Positions 54,733 through 64,000 of a DNA stretch of 64,000 nt are shown piece after piece. Made by a program: the position numbers and the translations under genes. This DNA comes from Octopus bimaculoides (lineage: Eukaryota). The stretch covers positions 123,036,007-123,100,006 of the forward strand of contig NC_068982.1 of NCBI RefSeq assembly GCF_001194135.2, in the 5' to 3' direction. Position 1 is the first letter of the stretch. Each line of letters opens with the position of its first letter. The notes below the pieces were generated by a model. It was not told the DNA's origin. It made no database searches and was given only the letters and a program-made list of their open reading frames with translations.

Positions 54733-55150
54733 GGTGCACATGTCTGTGGAATGCTCAGTCACATGTTAACTCAGAAATAGATTTATTCAGATGATCAAAC
54801 GACCGAATCCTCATTGTTGAGTAACAGAGATCCACCATCAGTATCTTGAAATCCTTTTAGCACGAAGTCATATCTCAAAATCCTTTTTGAAAAGAAGGAG
54901 CTACACTCTTAAATAGTTTGAAAGACAACTAGATACAATTACTGATACTGCAAAAAATTTTTTTTACTTCTTGCTTCAGCTTAATCCTTTTAAAGTGAAT
55001 GTTTCAGTTATACTGTGTTACTATTTCAAATGTATAAGCTTTCAGTATTCTGTCTTCTACATGGTCATTCTTGTAGTTGTTTGGTATTTGTAATTGTTTT
55101 CTTTCTTTATATCATTGGTATTTTAAGTTGAATACCTTTCACACATTTTA

Positions 55151-55393
55151 TCAGGTTGGTGCAAAATTGTGGTTTTTAACCATCGACTTTAAAGTAATAT
55201 ATCTCAGCTCAGAATAACTTTATCATTCAAAATAATAAGCTTTAGAATATACACATTTTTGCTAGTAAGAAACAAGTCTATACCTGTAGCTTAGCATTCT
55301 GGAGCCCTGGAAGTGACGAATTCTATGAAGGTATTTTGAACTGCAGTAAGTTATTGAGATGCCTGAAAAAGTGGTATTTTGCATCAACTTAAT
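55151..55393. mobile_element. mariner-type MITE (~240 bp)
   Basis: Left end TA-TCAGGTTGGTGCAAAA and right end TTTTGCATCAACTTAA. Both resemble the mariner TIR TTAGGTTGGTGCAAAA. Confidence 0.65.
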
Positions 55394-55944
55394 TATATAG
55401 AAAGAGTACAATGTGATGGATGTGTAACAAAAAATTTGTAAATATGAGTGAAAATAAAAAGAATTGGTGAAATTTTAACTGTCCCTTAAAATACTTTGTA
55501 AACTTTTTTATATGAAACTTGTAAGTTCTCATTTTTTTACTCAAATTCTTTAAAATTTTTTCTTTGCTTTACATCAATCTTTCAGAAAACATTGTGTTCT
55601 CACATTAATTCTTTTTTGTTATCACAAGTCCTCATGTTTATTTGAACTTGTTTAGATAAAACTGTTGCCTGGTTTTAAGATAAAATTTGTACTGAGTATC
55701 TCTTTTGAGTTACTTCTTAGTATATCAGTTTGGAATTTTTGTTTCTCATTAAAGTTTTTTGTAGTAACATCTTGTGTAATCAATTTTAAAATTATTCCAT
55801 TTAAATTCAGAATTTCACTGACCTTCAGTGTATTTCAATCTAACTCTCATTTTGAAAGCACTGAATTTTTAAATCATAATGATCAAAAGTTTTCTTTCAA
55901 ATTTTACTGAAACATGCATTATATTTTAGTGCCTAATTTTTACC

Positions 55945-56560
55945 ATTATCAAACACACCTGTTCCATTCTGTCATGGGTTGGACACTTTGACAGGATCAA
56001 GGACTGCGTTGTGCGCTAATGTCTGCTTTGGTATGGTGTTTATGGTTGGATACCATTCCTAATGCCAAACATTTTTCAGTCTGTGTTGGATGGTTTTTTG
56101 AAGCACTGATACTTATGAGATCATGATGCAGCTGGCAAGACTATGATCCTCTTTGACTGAATGGGACTACAGTACAGAGAGAGGCAGGTGTATGCTAGGA
56201 GATGAGGGGTTAAAAGTAAGATAGAAGGGGCCAGAGCAGAACAGGTTTCTTGCTGGAGAAGAGCTACATGGTTACTCACATTATAGAAGAGGCAGGGGAA
56301 GGGTGACCAGGGTGGAGCTGGAAAGAAATACAAATAGTTGTGATGCAGTGTCAGAGAGGACCCTCAAAAGATGAAGTGTGATGACAAAACAGAGTGTGTG
56401 GGTAGGTAGGATGTGCAAGAGTATTTGGGGGAATGAGTGATCAGTAATGGAGGATAGGTGAAGGGGTGAAGTGAAGAACAAGTGTTGAGGGGTGACAAAT
56501 GTAGAGATTGAGCAAGGTTGGGGAGTGGATGTAGTGACTAGTGGAGAAGGGGTGGAGGTG
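55945..56560 (-). mobile_element. RTE-associated 3' UTR/tail fragment with purine-rich extension
   Basis: Same organisation as 1428-1860 and 16545-16990. Confidence 0.55.
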
Positions 56561-57649
56561 AATTATGGGAAAATAGATATTATGTGTGAGTGTATAAAAT
56601 ATTGCTTCTATGAAATACTAATTAGAAATGTAATATAGCAGTAACATGCACAAGTAAATCTTACAGTGACTGACAAAAATATATTAACGTTATGGTCTGT
56701 TGAATATATATTAAATAAGCGATATATTTTGTTATATAATTGTAAATGTTTGATTTTAAGGTAATAAAAAATACAAAAAACCGAGGTTCAAGTGAATAAT
56801 TAATGAACATTAGTGTGTGTGTGAGAGAGTGTTAACTAAGAATGAAATGATTAGATAACTAGATTAACTTGTAGTGTGTGTAAAAAAGCAGTTTAAAAAA
56901 ATCATCTGGCATGGGAAAACAAAGCAAAAAAAAATAATTAGTTGATATTTTATTGAATAATTTTTATAGAAACTATTTTGTAATAAAGTAAGCATTATTT
57001 TGAATTTTAATCACAACACAAAAATTCATAGCTACCATATCTTTGTTATTTTAATTCCATCTTATTAATTCTACTGCAGTAATAGTTAAGCTGTGGATGT
57101 ATATTGTAGTTACACTTTTGTTCATTCCAGATTGGATCAGATTTTTAGCATGCAGCTCATGAGCCAAATGGCCACTTTTTGTTATTTCATAGAATAAGTC
57201 TTGAATCATCCTATAAAATTTGCAAACCTGTTAATTTTTTAAGTGCAATTCTTGATTGTTTTCTCCCTCCTTTTTTCTATCTTGTTATACAGTATGATCT
57301 CACTCAAGCAAAACAGAAAGAACAGAAAAATTTTAAAAATTCATTGTAACTGTAAAATACATTGAATTTTAAAATGTTATCAGTCACCTATGAAGTTGCA
57401 ATAATCTTACTACTGAAATGAGATTGAGTTCATACTCTTGTAGTGTGCATTACACATGAACAAATACATTAAAATGAATAAAAATCTAGTATAATTTGTC
57501 GGGAGTCAAAAAAGCCACATTTCATTATCGTGGATTAGCACAGTTGTGCTTTGGCAATGGCAGCCAATCAGAGCTGGTTGTGTACCTATAAAAGCAGCAT
57601 TCATCAGAGTAGTGGAGCACGTCTTTTGGCAGTCAGTGAACCAGAACTT

Positions 57650-58776
57650 GACGCCATGACCGTCAGCGAACAGATCTCCATGACCATCAGTGAACAGATC
57701 TCTCTGACTGTCAGCGTACAATGCTGCACAACCATCAGCAAACAGATCTCCATGACTGTCAGCGAACAGATCTCCATGACCGTCAGCGAATAGATCTCCG
57801 TGACCGTCAGCGAATAGGTCTCCGTGACCGTCAGCGAACAGGTCTCCGTGACCGTCAGCGAACAGGTCTCCGTGACCGTCAGCGAACAGGTCTCCGTGAC
57901 CGTCAGCGAACAGGTCTCCGNNNNNNNNNNNNNNNNNNNNNNNNNNNNNNNNNNNNNNNNNNNNNNNNNNNNNNNNNNNNNNNNNNNNNNNNNNNNNNNN
58001 NNNNNNNNNNNNNNNNNNNNNNNNNNNNNNNNNNNNNNNNNNNNNNNNNNNNNNNNNNNNNNNNNNNNNNNNNNNNNNNNNNNNNNNNNNNNNNNNNNNN
58101 NNNNNNNNNNNNNNNNNNNNNNNNNNNNNNNNNNNNNNNNNNNNNNNNNNNNNNNNNNNNNNNNNNNNNNNNNNNNNNNNNNNNNNNNNNNNNNNNNNNN
58201 NNNNNNNNNNNNNNNNNNNNNNNNNNNNNNNNNNNNNNNNNNNNNNNNNNNNNNNNNNNNNNNNNNNNNNNNNNNNNNNNNNNNNNNNNNNNNNNNNNNN
58301 NNNNNNNNNNNNNNNNNNNNNNNNNNNNNNNNNNNNNNNNNNNNNNNNNNNNNNNNNNNNNNNNNNNNNNNNNNNNNNNNNNNNNNNNNNNNNNNNNNNN
58401 NNNNNNNNNNNNNNNNNNNNNNNNNNNNNNNNNNNNNNNNNNNNNNNNNNNNNNNNNNNNNNNNNNNNNNNNNNNNNNNNNNNNNNNNNNNNNNNNNNNN
58501 NNNNNNNNNNNNNNNNNNNNNNNNNNNNNNNNNNNNNNNNNNNNNNNNNNNNNNNNNNNNNNNNNNNNNNNNNNNNNNNNNNNNNNNNNNNNNNNNNNNN
58601 NNNNNNNNNNNNNNNNNNNNNNNNNNNNNNNNNNNNNNNNNNNNNNNGGTCTCCATGACCGTCTGCGAACAGGTCTCCATGACCGTCTGCGAACAGGTCT
58701 CCATGACCGTCTGCGAACAGGTCTCCATGATCGTCTGCGAACAGGTCTCCATGACCGTCAGCGAACAGGTCTCTAC
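57650..58776. repeat. 24-bp GC-rich minisatellite (GTCTCC[G/A]TGACCGTC[A/T]GCGAACAG), ~1.1 kb including a 727-N gap
   Basis: About 11 units are visible left of the gap (57921-58647) and about 5 to the right. It accounts for all the long ORFs called at 57506-58900. Confidence 0.92.
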
Positions 58777-58849
58777 AACCTACATATATATACTCACCTT
58801 GTTCAGCACTTGTCAACAATCCCAAATAAATTATCAGGTTATTAAGAAT

Positions 58850-59140
58850 GAAATGTCTGATTTTGAACTGAACCTTGGTGAACTCCTACCTGTACACTGA
58901 ATTCATTGCTATACTCATTGCCAACTTTCACCTTACTGGCAGCATCCCTGTACGACTTGTACTACTCTCACTAACCACTCATCTATCCCTATCTTCTGCA
59001 TTGACCACCAAATAAGGAAACAGTGGGCTCTGTCAAAGGCTTTCTCCATGTCGTAAAAAGCTAGGTATAGAGGTTTATTTTTGGCTAAGTTCTTCTCCTG
59101 CAGTTGCCTAATTAGGAATGTAGCATCAGTCATGCTCCTG
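58850..59140 (-). mobile_element. RTE LINE reverse-transcriptase fragment
   Basis: TDATFLIRQLQEK...LYLAFYDMEKAFDR...GIDEWLVRVV, continuing to FSVQVGVHQGS. Confidence 0.85.
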
Positions 59141-59329
59141 TCTAGCACAAATATATACACACACACACATGGTACACATATAGGTGTGGATGTGTGGTAA
59201 GAAGTTTACTTCTTAACTACAGTTCCAAGTTCAGTTCCACTGTGTGGCACCTTGGGAAAGTGCCTTCTACCATACTCTAGGGCCGACCAAAATTTTGTTA
59301 GTAGATTTAGTAGATGGAAACTAAAAGAA

Positions 59330-59556
59330 GCATGTCATGTGTGCTTATGTTTGTCTCCTTGTTTTGATATTGTGTGATAGTTGTAAAATGATTGTCACTG
59401 TTATACAACCAGTGACATTCATTCTCAATGTTCTGTGAGAACATGTCTGGCCAGAGGGTTGGTGAAAGGAAAGGCATCCAATCACAGAAAATCTGCCTCA
59501 ATAAACTCCTTCCAATCCATTCAAGTATGGAAAAGTGGACAATTAAATGATGATAA
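59330..59556 (+). repeat. Dispersed repeat (SINE/LINE 3' body) ending ...AATTAAATGATGAT
   Basis: Matches 36660-36900 (+) and, in reverse orientation, ~14060-14260, ~50860-51000 and ~62275-62480. Confidence 0.6.
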
Positions 59557-59560
59557 TATA

Positions 59561-60492
59561 TAGGGTCCAGCAAAATGATCTGACACATTTGTAGGTTTAA
59601 TAAAAGGCAAATAAATTAAAGTTACAAAAAAGTTTTTTTCATTTTCGAAAGGTACATATAATGCCATTTTGTTTTTGTAGAGCATTGTGTTTGGAAATGC
59701 AACAAAATATCCCCAATGCATCTGTTGTGTTGTTAAGTGACGAGGCGCATTTTCATCTGTGTGCCACAGTGAATAAGCAAAACTTCAGATACNNNNNNNN
59801 NNNNNNNNNNNNNNNNNNNNNNNNNNNNNNNNNNNNNNNNNNNNNNNNNNNNNNNNNNNNNNNNNNNNNNNNNNNNNNNNNNNNNNNNNNNNNNNNNNNN
59901 NNNNNNNNNNNNNNNNNNNNNNNNNNNNNNNNNNNNNNNNNNNNNNNNNNNNNNNNNNNNNNNNNNNNNNNNNNNNNNNNNNNNNNNNNNNNNNNNNNNN
60001 NNNNNNNNNNNNNNNNNNNNNNNNNNNNNNNNNNNNNNNNNNNNNNNNNNNNNNNNNNNNNNNNNNNNNNNNNNNNNNNNNNNNNNNNNNNNNNNNNNNN
60101 NNNNNNNNNNNNNNNNNNNNNNNNNNNNNNNNNNNNNNNNNNNNNNNNNNNNNNNNNNNNNNNNNNNNNNNNNNNNNNNNNNNNNNNNNNNNNNNNNNNN
60201 NNNNNNNNNNNNNNNNNNNNNNNNNNNNNNNNNNNNNNNNNNNNNNNNNNNNNNNNNNNNNNNNNNNNNNNNNNNNNNNNNNNNNNNNNNNNNNNNNNNN
60301 NNNNNNNNNNNNNNNNNNNNNNNNNNNNNNNNNNNNNNNNNNNNNNNNNNNNNNNNNNNNNNNNNNNNNNNNNNNNNNNNNNNNNNNNNNNNNNNNNNNN
60401 NNNNNNNNNNNNNNNNNNNNNNNNNNNNNNNNNNNNNNNNNNNNNNNNNNNNNNNNNTCCAAAAATGTGTCAGATCATTTTGCCGGACCCTA
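59561..60492 (+). mobile_element. Tc1/mariner (maT/rosa-like) element, internally deleted, gap-containing
   Basis: 30-bp TIRs TAGGGTCC(A/G)GCAAAATGATCTGACACATTT at 59561-59590 and 60463-60492 (1 mismatch), TA on both sides. The motif LLSDEAHFHLCATVNKQNFRY carries the first catalytic Asp. Ns at 59793-60457. Confidence 0.88.
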
Positions 60493-62055
60493 TATATGCA
60501 TTTGACTCTGTAGAGGTTCCGTCTACAAGGTTATTGGATCTGCTATTAGAGTACGAAATGAGGGAGAAGTTACTATTTCCTTAAAAAAAATAAGTTAGAA
60601 CACATGAGTTAACATAGTCTTAGATACACTGCTGGATGAAATTATTTTGAGTGTAATGCTTTTGAATAAAGGTTAATTCATTCAGAGCCCACCTATTGCT
60701 AAGGTTTATATTGAACTTAGAAATCTTTGACAACCTGAATTTCAACACTTGTACAGCAGTAGTGGTATATAATTGTCCTATAGATTCATGGCCAAGGAGA
60801 TACATGTAGCAACATAGCATGAAATAAAGTTTTGAGTTCAATCTTAGTCTGAAAATATATATATATATATATGCATAGTAAATATGGTGACTGACAATGA
60901 ACAGATCAAACATGGCATGTTTTACAAAACAAGAAAAAAAATGAGATTAATTGTTCAACAATTGATTCTATCAGTATATAGTTGTGTAAACTTGATGTTT
61001 TTCATATCAAGTATTTTGAAATGGGCACTTATTAATTAATTTGTCTGAAATAATGAGGATTGATAAATACAGACATTTGAATGATTAATAATTAAATATA
61101 TGCACAACAATAGACAATATATTTTCTTGTCAGTTTTCTTCCTCAATGTATTTTACTGTTGGCAATCAAATAATTGTTAGATTTTTGTTTTATTTGATTT
61201 CTCACCTTGATTATTACATCAGATAAATTTAATTACTGGAGAAATTTAATAAAAACAGAGAGGAAATAAAAAAAACTTTGTTTTATAGTAAGCTAAAATC
61301 CTTTAGGCTTTTTTATAAATTTTTTTACAGTGCTTTTGGCTGGCATTCCTTAATGAAATATATAATTGCAGGTTTCTTTAGATTTAATTATTTCTGTTCA
61401 TCAAAGACATTTATAAAAAAGTGTATTGATTTGTATTAACATTGTCTTTTATGTTTGTTTTATATTTTCCCCTTCATTTGTGAATAAGTTGGATTTAAAA
61501 CACTGCTATTGTTTCAGTAATGATTTGTTAAGAGACTTGTTACAAGGAAATGGATCACTTAAGAACAAGTGGCAGTTAACATTATAAATGAATGATTGTA
61601 TGGTTTGTGTTGTTGAAACATCAAGCACCTTATTTATAAAAAATAAAATTCTTGTACCAGTTTCTTAGATCTGAGATAGTTTTTATTTTCTTTTTATCAA
61701 AGAAGACAGGTGAGACCCTTTCAGTGTCCTCTACTATCCAAGTTATATGAGCATTATATCCTGGTGAACATTTGCAAATTCCTACAATATTTTTAGTATA
61801 ACAGCAATTTTTCTCAATTGCAAGAAGTCAGAGAAAGCATTTTGGCAAGTTGTTATATTGCCTTAGCTGTTTTTGAATCTGATATGTTTTCTTGTGGATT
61901 TAAGATATACATTAAATTTTATTTTTAATTCCCAGAGAGCAGAATTCTTCTGGGAGTCCTAAGCCTTAACTACAAAAGATATTTTAATTTCATATATTCT
62001 GTAATTTAACCTTGCTTAAAGAAAATATTCTTACTATTAGAATAAACATCAACTG

Positions 62056-62112
<57 letters not shown>

Positions 62113-64000
62113 GCCCTCTTGTAACAATTTTGAACTTTTAATATATTGCTGAATTGTTAAATATGTTGCTATTTGTGTTTTAAAATTTGATTCTGATATA
62201 TAGTAAGTAGCTCAAGTGAGAAACTCCTAATATAAGTTCACAACTATTCTACACTACTTTGTCATTTGACTTCATCATCATATGTCTATTTTTCCATGCT
62301 TGCATGAATTGAATGGAATTTGTTGAGGCAAAACTTCTGTCACCAACCCCAACTTGTTTCCAAGCAGGTTAATATATTCCCCTCACTAGACATGTTTTTC
62401 ACAGAAGACTGGAAATGAACAACCTTGCTTGTATGATGATGATGCTCATTTACACCCATCACATGATGTCTAGACAAGAGTACACACACAAACGCTTATA
62501 CAACAGTATTCATTTAATTTCTGTCTATCAAACCCACCCACAAGGCTTATGATCAAATTATAAATATAGTGTTTCTATCTTTGATTACAATTGAAGAATA
62601 TGCATCTATAAAACATTTTTTAAAAATAATCTATTCCAATTTGGAAAAATGAGAGAGGAATGAGTTACCAATCATTTAAAATTTTTTTGTATTAACTTTC
62701 ATAGTACACAATTTCAAGTTTTGTTAAAAATAGAAAAGAAATCCAACTAGAATGATTTTTGTTTTCTTATTAATAAGTAGAAGTGAAGTACACCAGCTGT
62801 AGATCAAATACTATGTGATAAAATCTAATTTTAATAATCTTTATGCAAGAATTACATATTTAACAATTGAGCAATATATTAAAAATACAAAGTTGTGAAA
62901 AAGAGAATCAAATTTTTTCTTTAAATTACAATATATAGTGTTTGAATGGAAAAGTATGTGCATAATGTCTATGTTAAAGAATGAGGAAAAACTATGGCTT
63001 CGAATGAATTGAAAACGCAGAGGTAAAACATGTCACTTGAGTGCATAAATTTCAGTACAAACCTGAATAAGAAAGCCTGTGATAGCTTTCTTGGAGTTTA
63101 AAGCAATGGTTTATGGATGAGTTTTATAACTTTTGTGCTTGGAAGGATTCTTTTTTTTCTTCAATAAATTTGTTTTGGTAAAGCAAAGTAGGTATAGTGC
63201 CAAAAATTGTAGATTGAACTCTTGCTTTGTTTGTAGGTAAATAAGTGGAATATAATATTTTATCAATGTACCTATGAAGTTATGGTGTTCTGATGAATAG
63301 TTTCAAATGGAGTGATAAAAGATGAAGAATTACAGAAAAAAAGATAACACTAATGAGTTAGAAGCTGAAGTTATCTATGAATGTAAGTTAATTCATAGTT
63401 TGTTAAAATGGTTAATATTAATGGTTGATTTTACTCAGTCTCGGAACTTGATTTCTAAGTTCATTCTTATTTATTTGTAGGATAATTTGTTCAGCATAAA
63501 TTGCTCAGTAATATCGTTATCAATGATAAAAGATGGTAATGCCTTGCTAGAACCAACTGTTTAGCTACAAGTAAATGGTTTCCATCAGTGAGTGATAATT
63601 TTGATAGATGTCCCTTCTCTTCATGTTTGCCTCTATGCTTGTAGGTAGCTACAGCTACCTACAATACTGAACTGATACTTATCTACATGCTGACCAGGTA
63701 ACCTCTATGTTCTTGTTTGACTTACTAGAAATAGTAGCCTTATCTACTTCAAATGAACTCTGAAAAAGGAAAGCTACCTTGGACAAAGTTGTTTGAGATA
63801 TGTTTAAAAAATTAGACTGGTCAAAACTGGAATATATTTGGTTATAAGTCTGCTTGATCTGGACTGATCAACAACTGTACCTATTTCTGCTTTCCTTTGA
63901 ATAAGCATAAAACTATGTTTTTAGGTGAAGTAAGGAACAGTGTGATGTTGCAATACCTATGCCTTTACCATGACAATTAGCAGGGTTAAGAAAGTGAAAT

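Noticed and set aside
57650-58776. Regular repeat as a CRISPR array
   Set aside because: The units are head to tail with no unique spacers, the context is eukaryotic, and there are no cas genes.
57506-58900. Long ORFs of 358-439 aa on both strands, including DLFADGHG repeats resembling a DxDxDG calcium-binding motif
   Set aside because: They are mostly Ns plus a stop-free 24-bp unit, with no non-repetitive domain, and the calcium-ligand spacing is not met.
63481-63560. Strong-looking acceptor (ttatttgtag|G) as EEIG1 exon 2
   Set aside because: The required phase-2 frame hits a stop after five codons (ATA ATT TGT TCA GCA TAA). Acceptor-like sites at ~57132 and ~61935 also fail.

Overview
This is AT-rich, microsatellite- and SINE/LINE-saturated animal DNA with seven assembly gaps. 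The repeat landscape (RTE LINE tails ending in (GAT)n, tRNA-headed SINEs, Dong/R4 LINEs) looks like an Octopus (coleoid cephalopod) genome; that assignment is inference. I can support one host gene, and only its first coding exon: an EEIG1/FAM102 (NT-C2 domain) orthologue on + (29408-29556, [50 protein letters not shown]|). It sits in a CpG-retaining promoter region and is followed by an intron of at least 34 kb, with no second exon found in the window. Almost all ORF-track entries are microsatellite, gap or transposon artefacts. Most notable observations: (1) a complete 510-bp miniature LTR element (TRIM-like, 20475-20984) with TG..CA LTRs, a 5-bp TSD, a PPT and a triplicated tRNA-Ser primer-binding site; (2) a ~1.06-kb foldback DNA transposon (26541-27602) with modular inverted arms and an 8-bp TSD, about 1 kb upstream of the EEIG1 promoter; (3) a 50-codon, strong-Kozak upstream ORF in front of EEIG1 that the ORF track misses; (4) a hAT transposase fused in frame to an inserted Dong/R4 LINE; (5) a 24-bp minisatellite directly behind a CCAAT+TATA pair inside intron 1. 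I found no CRISPR array, rRNA or intact tRNA gene, and no clear evidence of a new multi-gene system. Repeat boundaries are approximate unless a TSD or TIR is given.
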